Shown: positions 12,075-25,029 of the stretch, piece after piece
Layout: every line of letters begins with the position of its first letter
Position numbering within the stretch: the stretch's first letter is position 1
Assembly (NCBI GenBank): GCA_023920165.1
Contig: CP089277.1
Coordinates: 1,612,001-1,676,000 of the forward strand
DNA: 64,000 bases
Direction: 5' to 3'
Source of the DNA: Curvularia clavata
Taxonomy: Eukaryota
Notes under the pieces: model-generated
What the model was told of the DNA's origin: nothing
What the model saw: the letters and a program-made list of their open reading frames with translations, nothing else
The model's database searches: none
Program-made: the position numbers and the translations under genes

Positions 12075-13622
12075 ATGGCCTCTATATCATATGCGGACTA
12101 TCCTCCGAAGCTGTCACAGGAAGAGGAACAGTATCTGCTTTCGAATCTCAAGGACTGGTCGATAGCCCACGGCCTAGCGGTACGTCCCGCGCCGTCATTC
12201 GTCGAACCTTCACAGGACCCAGCAGGTGTGCTTGCCAACACAGCCCCGGTCACCTTGTTCCCGAGTCTCTTTCCCCGCTCTTGCTTCGAGCAGGGACTGG
12301 CCATACAAAAGGCCTACAACGAGTTGTATTCGGCCATTGCAAGAGATGAACAGTGGCTCCAGGGCATCGTGGAGCAGCTTTTGGATGTAGACGACTTTGT
12401 TGCGAAGCTATGGAACATCCATTTGGAAGTCAAGAAGGAGGGTTATGTACAAGATCTCTCGCTTGGCCTTTTCCGATCGGACTACATGGTCCACAAAGAC
12501 CCGTCACAACCTAATGCACAACCAGGATTGAAGCAAGTGGAATTCAACACCATTGCGTCTTCGTTTGGCGGTCTCTCTAGCCAGATCTCGGCACTACACA
12601 GATATCTACTCAGGATTGACGCTTATCCAGAATCAGCGCGTTCAGTCATTAAAGAAGAAGCTCTCCAGCTAAGCAAATCTGCTTCATCGCTGGCACGGGG
12701 TCTTGCTGCAGCACACAAGGCATACGGATCATCGCGCACAAGTCGCCCTCTATGTGTCCTGTTTGTTGTACAAGATCCAGAAAGGAATGTCTTTGATCAA
12801 AGGCATCTGGAATACGCCTTGCTTGAAGAGAATGGCGTTCGTTCTTTCCGCTTGCCGTTCGGCGAGACGCTGTCTCACACCAAGCTCGACTCGGACCGTA
12901 CTTTAGTCTACACACCACCAAACTCACCAGCGACATCGTATGAAGTGACGACGGTCTATTTCCGGGCGGGTTACTCGCCAGATGATTACCCCAAAGAAGA
13001 TGATTGGGTAGCCCGCCTTCAGCTGGAAAAGAGCCGCGCTATCAAATGCCCTAGCATCTTGACCCATCTTGCCGGCTGCAAGAAGGTGCAGCAAGTACTT
13101 GCAACCCCGCACTCGCCGCACCTCAAGCGCTTCCTTCCCGATGAGAAGGTAGCTGCACGTGTGCTAGATACTTTTGCTCCGATCTATCCCTTGGACCAGA
13201 GCGAAGCTGGAAAAGAAGCACAGAAGCTTGCGACCGAAGCTTCGACAGCCGTAAAGTACGTCTTGAAGCCACAGCGCGAAGGAGGCGGGAACAACATTTA
13301 CCGAAAAGCAATCCCGGCCTTCTTGACCAAACTTCCGGAGACGCATTGGCCGGCGTACATCTTGATGGAGATGATTGAGCCACCCCCGCTGGCGAACGCG
13401 ATTCTCCGAAATGGAGAGCTGCAGAGGGGTGGCGTCATCTGTGAGCTTGGCGTTTACGGCGCATGCCTTTGGCGGAATGGCAAAGGAGGGGAAGAGAAGG
13501 GTGAAATACTAGAGAGCTGGGAGGCGGGTTACCTTCTCCGCACAAAGGGCGACCAGAGCGAGGAGGGCGGCGTAGCAGCAGGTTTCGGAGCAGTGGACAG
13601 CTGCTGCTTGGTGAACGAGTGA
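12075..13622 (+). CDS. GSH2: Glutathione synthetase (eukaryotic type)
   Basis: Intronless 515-aa ORF from gccATGg at 12075. Motifs LGLFRSDYM, KQVEFNTIASSFGG, VLKPQREGGGNNIY and EGGVAAGFG. Confidence 0.96.
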   Translation: MASISYADYPPKLSQEEEQYLLSNLKDWSIAHGLAVRPAPSFVEPSQDPAGVLANTAPVTLFPSLFPRSCFEQGLAIQKAYNELYSAIARDEQWLQGIVEQLLDVDDFVAKLWNIHLEVKKEGYVQDLSLGLFRSDYMVHKDPSQPNAQPGLKQVEFNTIASSFGGLSSQISALHRYLLRIDAYPESARSVIKEEALQLSKSASSLARGLAAAHKAYGSSRTSRPLCVLFVVQDPERNVFDQRHLEYALLEENGVRSFRLPFGETLSHTKLDSDRTLVYTPPNSPATSYEVTTVYFRAGYSPDDYPKEDDWVARLQLEKSRAIKCPSILTHLAGCKKVQQVLATPHSPHLKRFLPDEKVAARVLDTFAPIYPLDQSEAGKEAQKLATEASTAVKYVLKPQREGGGNNIYRKAIPAFLTKLPETHWPAYILMEMIEPPPLANAILRNGELQRGGVICELGVYGACLWRNGKGGEEKGEILESWEAGYLLRTKGDQSEEGGVAAGFGAVDSCCLVNE

Positions 13623-15434
13623 GAGGATGTGGTTAGAGCATGCGGGTTAACGGCAAACCGATAGTTTGAACCATGATTCTAGTGCGAAGCTACCATCAAC
13701 AAAAAATGTGATGTAGAAGTTGGTGCCAAACTAACCAAATGGGTGCAAGCAGGCTGCTGGCCTTAGCATCCGACGGCATGTGCATTCTGGCAGTCGGCGA
13801 CGTGTCAGCAGTTGGGTTGTAGGGCGTTATGTAGACGGATCCATGCTTGGGTATGATTGAAGGCAGAGAGGCATGTGGTGTCATCATGTAACGTCGAGGG
13901 CGTGGATGGACTTTGAGGCTGCCAGGCTTTTGCCTGTATTGGCAATTTCAGAGGGCCCACACGAGTTTCGGATGAAGGTACCGGCGCAGGCGCCATGTTG
14001 CCAGGATCAAGACCAAAGATCAAAGATCCACGGCTAAGTCTGCAAGATGTTGGCACGGACGACAAGATGGAATCCGAGAGGGTGGGCTAACAAGTCGGCT
14101 GGCATGCAAGATGGATGGCGACGAGCAAGGCAGCGGGCGTGCGCCAGATGGTAGGTGTGGAGCTGTAAAGGCTGTCGGCGCAGTTTGCGAAACGCTTGAC
14201 AGGCAGATTGACAAGCGGGAGCTCGATTCGCTAGGTCAGACATGAGTGTGCACGGTTGTGTATGTACATATACATGACATGACGGACCCAAAAGGCAGTA
14301 CTGGATCTTGGGCGCGTCGCACGGTTCACAGCAGATCGAGGATTTGCCCGGCCCGGCGTGGTGGTCATTGTCCGCGTCCGGGCGAGGCGATCATTTTAAT
14401 AGTGATCGGGCAAAAAGAAGGCCGGAGGTGGCTTTCTGGCAGACGACGTCGAGGGTTGGCCTGGTGGTGAGGCTCTGAAGCTTGCGGTGGGACTGCGGAA
14501 GTTAGGCCCCACGTATTGATGCGAAGGACCCTCTAGTGGGTTGAGTTTATGCAAAGAGCCGCAAGCTTATGCAGGCCGCGTAGCGCAAACCTAGCACTCG
14601 ATTATACCAGGTAGGAAAGCCCTCTGAAGAAGCACACGTCGGCTCTGCTGCGTCTGAGTGGTGGGAAACCATGTCGTCGTCGGTCCAGGGCAGAGCAGAA
14701 GAATTTGGCGGCGTCGGGCGGCTGGGCGAGGGCCAAGCCTCTTTGGGAAGCCATTACCCAATCAGGCAAGCAAGATGAAACGGTGCTTGCTTTTCTGGCG
14801 TCGACGGCGGCCGTGGTTGGCTTGCGAGGCCCGTTGCAACCAGACGTGGCTGGCGTCCCAATGTTAAAAATGAAGTGCCTCGAGCTCCAAACCACACCAC
14901 TGGCCACTTCGGCTGTCTCAACCATGCATGCCAACCATGTCGCTCAGCGTCATCCTGATTGCATTCATGCGCCCGTGCCGGCTCCGCCTCTCGCTTCCTG
15001 GAACCTGTGGATGGAGCGTCGATCACCTGTCAGAAGAGCTCAATCTCAGCCACAGTTTTTATCGTCCGCTAGCACCGGCCATGCCTGATCACCAGTGAAC
15101 TGCTTTTTTTTCCTTCTGCCACTTCCGTACCCCTCTTTCACTAGGCTCCTATGCCGACGACGCTCTTTTTTTGTTCCCTCACTGCAGTCCTATACTAATT
15201 GGCTAGCCGCTCTTTCCAAAATCCCTGTACCACCGACCGACCTTAGCATTCGTTCCTTCCTTTCACTTCGCGCTGCGTCACTTCCTGCACACTCGTCCAA
15301 GGCTGCAGCTTTCCTATACCACCATTCCCCCGCGTGTCAACCACTGCTCTCTCTCCCCCCAGACACCGTAATTGTAATCATTCTATGGCAGTTGTCAGCC
15401 ACTGCTAGGCACCGCATCTCTGTGTATCGCCGCC

Positions 15435-18400
15435 ATGCGCTTCTCCTTCCACTTTGTCTTGATATGCCTTGCACTGCTGCTCTGTCTTCAATCAGCAGGC
15501 GCAGCTCCCCATGCTGCCGTGCGGCGGCAAGATGACAATGCCACTGAAGACGTGCCCGCCTCTACAACACGAGAGAGCACTGCTCGGCAATCCTCAGTCT
15601 CACCTACGCCTGAGCCTAAATCTACACCTACACCTGCACCCTCTAATGAAGCTTCTTCGCCAGCCGGATCCGATCGACCTTCCTCCACTGCACCTTCCTC
15701 TACCAAGCCTTCAGAATCACCAAGCATCCAAACCGAGGTTCCTTCGACAGATTCATCCAGTGACCCTGCCCCGTCAAGCTCTCCAAGTGAGTTCCATTGC
15801 GAGACATGTCAAGCTATGAAACTAACCATTGAGCCTAGGCAATGGAAACAGCCCACTTCCTATCCCTCCGAAGCTCACTCCCGCTATGGGAATCAGCGGA
15901 GTCATCTTACTACTCACTGGCTTGGCCTATGGCATCATAGGAATCAAGAAGAAGATGTAAGTCTGGAGCCATGACGAGCCGGCACAAACTGACTTGTAAT
16001 AAGGGTGTATATCTTCGGATCGGCTGCGTACCTTTCTGCTCTCGCAGTCACGGTTCTCATCGTCTACTTGATGAACCCTCCAGTATCCGATGCCATCCAG
16101 GGAGCCTTCTTTGTCGCCGCCTTCTTCACAGGCATCATCTTTGGCGGCATTTCACTCGTCTTCTCCGACATGACCGAGGGTTTTGGCTGTCTCCTTGGCG
16201 GCTTCTGTCTGAGCATGTGGTTCCTCAGTCTCAAGCACGGCGGCTTGATTGAATCTAGCACCGGCCGGGCCATTTTCATCGGCTGTATGGCCGCAGCAGG
16301 CTATTCGCTGTCCTTCAGTCGCTACACCCGCAACTATGGCCTCATTGGATCCATTGCCTTCTCGGGCGCCACTGCGGCTGTACTTGGAATCGACTGCTTG
16401 GCAGGTGCTGGATGGAAAGAGTTTTGGCTCTATCTTTGGGGTATGTGCAAATGCTGCGTCTTATAAACATCACTCACTAATGTATACAGCTCTCAACGAC
16501 TCAACCTTCCCTTTGAACACAAACACATATCCGGTGACGAAGAACATCAAAGCCGAGTTAGCTGGTGTTGTTATCATCGCTGCAGCTGGCATCGTCTCTC
16601 AATTGCGTGTCTGGAGGATGATCCAAGAGCACCGAGAAAAGGCTGCTGTCCAGCAACTTGAGAAGCAGCAGGATCAAGATCGTGAAGAAGAGGAACGCGC
16701 TCGTCAGATTGAAGATGAGTTCCAGAAAGAACGGGCTCAATGGGAAGCAGCCTATGGTGGAAAGCCCTTGGCTGATTCCAGTTCTGGATCATCCCTCGCA
16801 AGCCCAAAAGACTCGACCAGCATGGACATCAAAGAAATTGGCAGCAACAACAGTTCTGGTATGCTAGACATGGCAAATGGCGGAGTTGTTCTCTCGGATA
16901 AAGCGAACAAGGCATCAGGTGGCATGGTCACTGTCAGCGTTCTCAAGGACGACGAGATCCAAGCCATTGACGCACAAGGCAACCCGATAGTAGAGGACCG
17001 CACTCACATGACTCCTGAAATGGAGCATGAAAACGGCGAATCAGACACTCCTGAGGGAACATCGCAACTAGTTGTGGCTGGGAAGCAAAGCCGCCCTTCG
17101 TCAGTGTTATCGCCTCCGCCTGCTGTTGTGCCACTTCCATTCAAGGTGCCAGAAGAGGAGAATGCGCCCAGCGATGACAACGACAACAACTCCATCTCTG
17201 CTGTGCCTGAGTCAGAAGATGAGGCCGCCGATCGCCCGGCTATGACCAAGCGTGTATCTGACGTCTCGGCTATGAGACAGCGCATCTCTCGCGAAGTGGA
17301 AACTTCTCCAGAGGGACTGTTTGGAGCCCAGGATCGAGAAGACGACTGTGCTTCATCTGTTGCTGCGACTTTGGACGATGACGACGACCAACTATCTGTA
17401 TACCAACTTTCTCCGGTTCAATCACCAATTGGAACAGAGCATGATGGCCGTGCTGCCGAACACGAAAAGCTAAGTGCAGATGATGGAAAAGCGCAAGATG
17501 TAGAAGCCTCTACCTTGGACCAACAAACCTTTGTTCCCATGACTGAAGCCGAAAAAGCAGACGCGAATCAGTCTTATCCGCAAAAGAGCGGCGTCCGAAG
17601 AGACACAGTCGTGTTCAGCTCCAAAACCAGTAGCTCGGATCAGCGGTCAAAGGGTACACAATCGAACGGCTCTTCTTCTTCTGGTGCCTCGCAAGCGGAG
17701 CAAGAAGAGCGACGTGTGAGCGTTTTACGCGAGGGTGCGCTGCCGGATAATATGTCAAAGGTAGCATTGTCGTACCGCACAAACGAATGGGCTAAGCATC
17801 TCGAAGCGGCTGAAAAGCCTGACTACGAGGACACCTTCTTGCCAACATCGTCTACCGTTATGCTGCCAAATGGAACAGAAGAGAAGCCAGTTCCGGTCAG
17901 CGAGGAGCTTGTTGCACCGCTCAAGGAGAACCAGCGCAACTCGAAGAGAATATCGAGTGGCAGTCGAGTACAAAGGAACAGCACCCGAAACAGTTTGGCT
18001 TTGTCCCAAGAGTCACTTGTCGATCCGCAGATCTACACACAATTTCCGCCCGGAGCCGTACTCTCACGGGCCCACTCGACGGCCAAGTCCAGTGTTCTGG
18101 CCCCACTGCCGACGGACACGTTGATGAGCAAACGCGAGACGCTACTTAAGAACCGAGCATCTGCTCTCAATGCAGGAAAGCGGAATTCTTCGACAGGGAA
18201 CCTGCTGTCGGGTCTGGGCCAAGACAACGAGTATGGCTATGCGGATGAAGGAGATGAGGAAGAGATGACTTTGGCACAACGTCGGCGGTTGCTACAGCGC
18301 CAGTCATCGGCACCCCTTGTAGAGTATGAGGCGCCTCTGCTGTCGCCGCGCAGAGCACCGCCATCTGCGTCGCAAAAGTGGCAGAACAAAGCTTGGGCGA

Positions 18401-18729
18401 GTCAAGGGGCACCAGCCGGCTTTGACTCGCACCAGCCTCAGCGATCCAACAGTGCTCAATCCAACCACAAGCGCGAGCAGCTCTATGCTGGATGGCGCGA
18501 CTCGATACGCAACGTGGGGCCAGCTCAAACGTCGACGACAATCATGGAGCAGCAGCGGGCGGCGTTGCTGTTTGAGCAGCGACAGAAGGAAGTAGAAAAG
18601 CAACAGCGCGAGCTTGTGCAGCAGCAGCGGGCGAGCCAGATGGACAGCCTGATGCGCAGTGGACATATGATGGATGCTCACCGCGAGGCGATGAGGAGGA
18701 TGCAGGCCAATGCTAACCGGCTTGCTTAG
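15435..18729 (+). CDS. Membrane protein, DUF4203 / TM7S3-TM198-like domain, with long disordered C-terminus
   Basis: Signal peptide, Ser/Thr/Pro-rich ectodomain, several Gly-rich transmembrane segments (EGFGCLLGGFCLSMWFL, GWKEFWLYLW), then a charged tail. Introns 15787-15838, 15957-16003 and 16441-16489 join the frames. Confidence 0.8.
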
Positions 18730-19022
18730 GATGTGGATACTTTTCTTTTTCTTCCGACACAGATGACATATGTTTTTGTAGTATGTGTACGCATGTATAT
18801 GTATGCATGTCGGTTTCATGGCAGGGAGGACTGACTTATGTGGGGACGACGGACATTTCGGAACGAATGGAACCAAAACTGATAGATGGGACTAGTTGGT
18901 TGACCGACAGTACAAAACTTCATAGATACCTTTTTTTCTTCATTTCATGTTAGGCCTTGAGCCCGTTTTGTAGCAACCCAGCATAGCGTAACAAAAGCCA
19001 TTGGCATGCCGAGAGCACTCTC

Positions 19023-19063
19023 TAGTAGTAGTAGCATTAGTAGCAGTTAGTAAGTAGTAGTAA
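19023..19063 (+). repeat. Degenerate (TAG)n low-complexity tract
   Basis: tagtagtagtagcattagtagcagttagtaagtagtagtaa. Confidence 0.7.
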
Positions 19064-20544
19064 TACCAAAACACCAGACAAGACGGATGAGGTTAGAAAG
19101 CACGTTCCGCAACGAGTGTATTAAGGACCGATAATGGGTGAGTCAGTGGGCATATGTAGGCCGGTAGGGATGGGGTTCATGCGTCGGCCGAAGCGTGTGA
19201 GTGTGTAATGTGTAGTATGCGAGGCGAGGGCATACTCGGCGTCGCTGGAACTGGGACGATGGCTGCATGGGATAAAGTGAGGCTGATGCGGGTGTCCCGA
19301 TGGGAAGGGCCCCCCCTGGCCCGCACAGCCACGTGCGGATACATACATAGGTCATGTGTAATGTATGTGCACACGCACGACTCAAGGCTGATTAATGCCT
19401 AGGCCCGACATGTACATACATGGACGTACTGGTGACGGTGGTGGACGGCGGAGTGTAAGACGCGGCCTTGTTCGCATTGTATGGGCTGAAATCCTTGCTT
19501 GGACAAGACCCCTTGATACTCGCACGACATAGGTATACGCATGCATCACACGCGACCAGCTGAGGGTGCCGTTGACGTGATGTGGACGACGCCTCTTTGT
19601 TCATGACTACAAGCTTGTTTGGTTGCTTTTTCCCCATGGCTCGGCTGCACTCGCTCAGTACGGTAGCGGGCGGGAGCCAAGGGTGTGGGAAGGCAGGCGT
19701 GAAAAGGGGTGGGGGCAGCCAATGATTTACCCGCGAAACGAGGCGGATCGGCGACGTCAGAGCAGCCGTGAGCGTCATATACATACTTGTAGGTGCTCTG
19801 TAGGTAGTGAGCCTGAGTAGCCATGGTGGGAATGCTTGGAAATAGTGTTTGTGCCAAGGGCGGGATGCGAGGCGGGCGGGCATGAAACATGGTCGGCCCA
19901 TGGAGCAGACGGCAGGCCGTTGTATATAGTATTAGTCGTTGACGAGGACGGGTTTAATGCAGGCACCGTCCGGCAAGGGGTGGCTAGGCTAACTGACTGA
20001 CTGTCAGCTGTGGGCACACATCAACCCAGACTTGGCCGTATCCATCTACCATGATTGTGCACACAGACGCACACGAGCCACATTGGATGCCCTCTTGGGC
20101 CGGGGGAAACATGGCAGTTCCGGCCTGCCGACTGGGGCCGCGTCTGTGAGTGCCTGTGTGCCCAAGGGCAAGCCTTTTTCTGTTGGTGTCGTATTTTGTA
20201 CAAGAGGAAGGCACGCCCCCCGATGCCATGACGCTGCCTGTTCTACTGACCTGACTTGACTGAGCGGCCGAGGCATCCTTCTGAGACGCCTTTTACTTTT
20301 TTGCCTGCACTTACACACGCCCGTCGTCACGCCTGCGCCCGCCCTCGACTACGCCGCCCCTCTCTCGCCCATATAGCCAGCCGCCCCTCTCATCGTCTGC
20401 TGTCTGCTCATTTCATTTGCCCGTCCAGTCCTGTCCACTCCAGCGCTCCCCACTGCCCCCAACCTGCCCCGGTCTGCTGCGCCCGGCCTGCCCTCCCTCG
20501 CCAGCCACGTTGCGCTGCCCCGTCGCGTGCCACCTTTGCCAACG

Positions 20545-20568
20545 GCTGCTGCTGCTGCTGCTGCTGCT
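20545..20568 (+). repeat. (GCT)8 microsatellite upstream of ERF4
   Basis: Eight perfect GCT units. Confidence 0.9.
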
Positions 20569-21176
20569 TTATCCTCGCTCATTCGCTGCCGGCCTGGGCG
20601 CCTGTTTGGTCGCCGCAACCCGTCGCTCTGCAGGCCGAATGCACGCGAGAGCATGGACCACAGCAGCGCCTTGGGACCCCTAAGGAACTCATCACCGCCT
20701 TCACCACGCCCGACGCAGTCACGACGACGACTCCACGCTCGCCCCCCGCTGCTTACCCGCCGCCTCCTGCGTCGCCAGTGCCTGCCCGCTGGTCCCTGAC
20801 CAACCGCATCTTCAACCTCAACCTGCGCTCCCTCTACCAGGGGCCCCCTCGCCTGCCCGCCGCCCGTCTCTGGAACCCCGTCAATTCTTCTCCACGCACC
20901 CTACAGCTCCAGCACCCACCCCCAACAGCGCCCCCGCCCGACGACTGCTACCCAAACCTGCCCGTCAACACCGACACCCCCCAAGCCACTGAAGACGTCC
21001 GCGACGAGTATCCCCTCCTGACGCTCCCCCAGCAGCGTCTGAGCCGCCAGAGCCAAGTGCCAAGCTCCCTCGCCGTCGAGCGCTCCACGGGCGATAACAG
21101 CGCCAGCCTCAGTGCCCGCACCAGCATCGGCCTTCCGCGCCCTCCGCCCCGGAGCCTGCACTCACCCGGCATTGCA

Positions 21177-22021
21177 ATGTCCTCGTCTTCACCCATCGTA
21201 GCCCAGCACTCCGACAAGGACGTCGAGGCCGGGCGCGCTCCACCACCCGGCCTTTCTCGTGTCTCGCTGCCAAACTCCCGTCGCACCTCCATCGGCTCCC
21301 GTCCATCGGCGGCTGGTGGTGCGGATGACGAAGACGGCGATGCTGCTTCCGAGTTTCCCTGGGGGCCCTCGCATCCTTGCTTCCCCCATCCCAATCCTCA
21401 CGTCCCACTCGACTCGGAGCTGTACAACTCGACTCGCATCATCCGCATTAAGCGTGACTGGATGGTCAAGGGCGACTTGGCTCCCACCTTTGCCAACCTC
21501 TACCCAGAGATCCTAGACCCCCTCGTCACCGAAGACGACTTTCGCATCTTGATCAAGAAGATCAACGATACCCTCATCGAGGCCTTTGACCCCTTTAGCT
21601 TTCGCGCCTGTCTCGACACCGTCATGGGTGTTGCTACCCTCTGGCTCTGGGAAGATGCTGGTTTCACAGGCGTAAAGAAACAGCTGACAGAACTGGAGAG
21701 GTGGATTGACGACTGGAACCACGATATTGGCGCTAAAGAAGCCGTCAAGATTATTCCATTGAGGCGGACTGGTTACCTGACAGTATGATATGCACTTATT
21801 CCCAACAGAAAATTGAGTTTCCAAGGCTAACTTGATGTTCGCAGCTTGATATACAGATTCCAGATCCCCATCTCGGTCCCGACACTGGCTCACGGCCTGG
21901 AACCCAAGACGACGGCCGCCACATCGACTCTCCCCAGGAAACCGATCCATACCTACCATATTCTATCCCACCAACACTGCAGGTGAATTCACAGCCAGCG
22001 GCCGTCGAGGCGCAGTCATAA
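21177..22021 (+). CDS. ERF4: Ras modification protein ERF4 / golgin A7 family (palmitoyltransferase accessory subunit); true start may lie upstream
   Basis: Motifs WGPSHPCFPHPNPHVP, TRIIRIKRDW and IIPLRRTGYLT|LDIQIPDP across intron 21783-21844 (GTATGA..GCTAAC..CAG); TAA ends 22021. First in-frame ATG is 21177, but the frame is open from at least 20256. Confidence 0.82.
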
Positions 22022-23078
22022 TCCATTATCTTTACACCCAATCACAAACAAAGTAGGCGATGAAGCGAAAAAGAAAAGACGACGACTTCTTAGAGTTTTA
22101 GCGGCATGAGAACAGGAGTTTAACAGGGTACGGGTTGGGTGGCTATCTGGGTTTTCTCTTTTTTTTTCTCGTCTGATACTCAGAGCGAGTGCACATGATG
22201 ACTTATACCACTTGGTTGCTTTTGGGCACACATACACACACACCACTACACACCATTACACAATCTGCGGCGACGCAAAAAAAGGTTCATGTCTTCATTT
22301 TGTTAATTCTCCTTCCTTCTTGAGCTTCGCTTATCGGTCCCATGCCCATTTTTAGATGTCGCGGTGTTACCGTTTCTTTGCTTTTTCTTTTCGTCTATTC
22401 AAAACTTCCGATACCCTAGCTGCAAAGTGCCGTTGGCGCGCTACTGCCGGCTGTCGCTTTTAAGCATCTGCGCTTGTTTTACCTTCCCTCAGCCCCTTTT
22501 GTTTTCTTTGCTTTTTCGTTGTATCCGCGTGTGCAGCTCGCATGGCTTTTAGATGTAGTAGTCGTTATAATAGTACGTTCGCAGGCAGGATGGACAAGAT
22601 ACCTATATATACTCACTAATAAAGTTGTCCTGTCAATCGTTCCTTTGCATCTGTGAGAAAGGAGTTTTCGTTGCTATTCTACATACTTCGCCCATACCTG
22701 GAGATAACGTTGCACCTTAATTTCGTTGAAGTTTGAAACAAATTCAAAGGGAGAACTGACTCGAGACAAATATGCTAGCCTGAACCTTCTAACATGTCAA
22801 TCTGACTCTGGAGCCTCGGCCTAGGCTTCAACTAGTGAGATGATGCGGTGTGCTTCAATGTAGTCTATCTTCTGTTGAACAATCTCCCTAGTTCTAGAGA
22901 CAAGTTTAGTTTCTATCTAAACTGCTTACGAAATGCAGTAACTACTAGTATGACAACATGGCCTTGACGTGACGAGAAAAAAAACCGCTTACTAATAACG
23001 ATGATAATACTCCCTACGCTATGCAAACAGACCTCTATATATACCCATATAGTCGAGAAGCCACCAAAAACACCATTC

Positions 23079-24695
23079 TTACAGAGCAAGACCACTCCTC
23101 CACCAGCGATCTCCCTGATGCCAACCCGGCAATTGCTCGCTCCAACACCACCACCCATCGCGCGCGTCAGGCCCCAGCCCCAGTCCCCGTAGTGGGGAAA
23201 AGGGTACGGGCTCAAAAAGCCACACGCCCGCTCTGGCAAAGTCGTTGCAGAGAAGATGAGCGGTGTGATAGAACCACACATGTACGTATACAAGCGCGAA
23301 AAGCCTCTTAGCCCAACCCGGCACCCGCCGATCGATACCCAATCCACGAGCAAGACGCGAAGTCGCAGCTTCTATGAAAATAGCGACTGCTTGAAGTAGG
23401 AAAAAAGCCATGGAGCCGCGCAGAGGCTGCGTAGATGCGGATCCCGCGCTGGTGTAGCTACCACTCGCATGTATAACGCCGCTTAGGAAAAACGCAACGC
23501 CAAGCTGCAAAGCTTCCGCCAGCGGACTATGTCTAGGTATACCAAACGACTCACGCAGCTTGCGGGTGGGCTCTTGGAACGCAAAGCGGAACGTCTGATG
23601 CCACCAATTGCCCCACCAGCCCGCAAGACCGTGGTCTAGCACTACGCTGTACGACGCCCATGTTTCGGGGTACATCCAGGGTTCCGCGCGGGCGCCGAGG
23701 AGGGATGGCGAGAGAAGCCCGCTGAAGAAGAGAGGTGCGAGGCAAAAAATGGTTTCGAGGGCGTACTTGATGCCGAACATCGAGAGGAGGAGCCGGTACA
23801 TGTGTGTGAGAACCGGGGAGTGCGTGAGTAGCGAGGGATAGTATGGCGGGAGGGGATCGTGGACGTAGCCCCAGAAGTACGGGTCATGCATCATGCATGT
23901 TTTGAGGGTATCCAGGGCCAGGTAGCCTTTGAGTAGTGTCCAGGCATTGTTTTGCAGCAGCTCTTTGCGCGTCGTGTACTGCTTTACCTGGCTCGAGTGC
24001 GTTTTAAACGAGTGTCTGGGTACGAGGGTGCCGGAATTGCGGTGGAGTTGGGTTTGAATATACTTTGGCGGCGGAGGGAGAGCGGAAATGCGCCAGTTCC
24101 ATCCCATGCCGCGGAAATTGCAAAAGATGTCCAGGACCCAGTCCAGTCGCTCAATGAAAGGTGCGAGAGGGTAGGGTTGCCAGGCGAACTCGCCATGGCG
24201 ATGTCGTGGACCAGATGAGCCGTTAGTTACATCTTCAAGGATTTTTTTCTGGATATCCGTCTCTTTTGGTGAGCGAGAGCCGTTCACTCGATTGCCTGTG
24301 TCGGTGCCAAAGACGCCCGTGGTTCGCTCAATCCTCATGAAGTCGGTCTGGGCATCGTTGTATATGAGGATTGTTGACACCCATATCACCCCCCATGAGT
24401 TAATCAGACCAACACCCATGGCTGATGCCATCCCTCTTGTTCTTGTGTACATGCATGTGTACACTGCAAATCCTGTCATCCATGCGAAAGCCAGATATCG
24501 GCATTTTTTTAGCCATGGCCGGTTCTGGTGCGGAATGAGAAGATAGACGATGACTAAAAGTGCTCCAAAAGCTCCCCAGGGATACAGAAAAGGTTGATAT
24601 TCTCCGGATGAAATGGCTTTCGCATACTGCTCATGGTAGTGATTTATTACATCGCGATGGGAGTATGGCCATGAACCTGGTGACCTGGATGGCAT
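23079..24695 (-). CDS. Membrane-bound O-acyltransferase, wax-synthase-like (MBOAT_2)
   Basis: Intronless multi-TM ORF with NFRGMGWNW, LAGWWGNWWHQTFRFAF and AFFLSGVIHA (putative catalytic His). First ATG at 24695. Confidence 0.8.
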   Translation of the reverse strand: MPSRSPGSWPYSHRDVINHYHEQYAKAISSGEYQPFLYPWGAFGALLVIVYLLIPHQNRPWLKKCRYLAFAWMTGFAVYTCMYTRTRGMASAMGVGLINSWGVIWVSTILIYNDAQTDFMRIERTTGVFGTDTGNRVNGSRSPKETDIQKKILEDVTNGSSGPRHRHGEFAWQPYPLAPFIERLDWVLDIFCNFRGMGWNWRISALPPPPKYIQTQLHRNSGTLVPRHSFKTHSSQVKQYTTRKELLQNNAWTLLKGYLALDTLKTCMMHDPYFWGYVHDPLPPYYPSLLTHSPVLTHMYRLLLSMFGIKYALETIFCLAPLFFSGLLSPSLLGARAEPWMYPETWASYSVVLDHGLAGWWGNWWHQTFRFAFQEPTRKLRESFGIPRHSPLAEALQLGVAFFLSGVIHASGSYTSAGSASTQPLRGSMAFFLLQAVAIFIEAATSRLARGLGIDRRVPGWAKRLFALVYVHVWFYHTAHLLCNDFARAGVWLFEPVPFSPLRGLGLGPDARDGWWCWSEQLPGWHQGDRWWRSGLAL

Positions 24696-25029
24696 CTTAG
24701 AGTCAAGGAAACAAGGGAACACTCAAAAACGTATCAAAAGAAAGAAAGAAAGACAAAGAGAAAAAAATGCCACAACAGATGGTGACCAGACAAGCGTGGC
24801 GTAGACTGCTGACTGCCACTTGGATGACGCACTGCATCTCGCATTCGCTAAAACAGAGCGCGCTAGACCAAGAACAGCCATGGGTCGGGCAGAGTGCTGG
24901 CTGCAACACCAAACCTTTCCCCATCGTGAAGCGCCCGGACTACAGCCGCCACACCAAGTGCAGCGACATAACACCCCTCACCCTAGTCTTTCTCTATTCA
25001 GGGACTACATCTGAGTTAAATTCGCCAAG

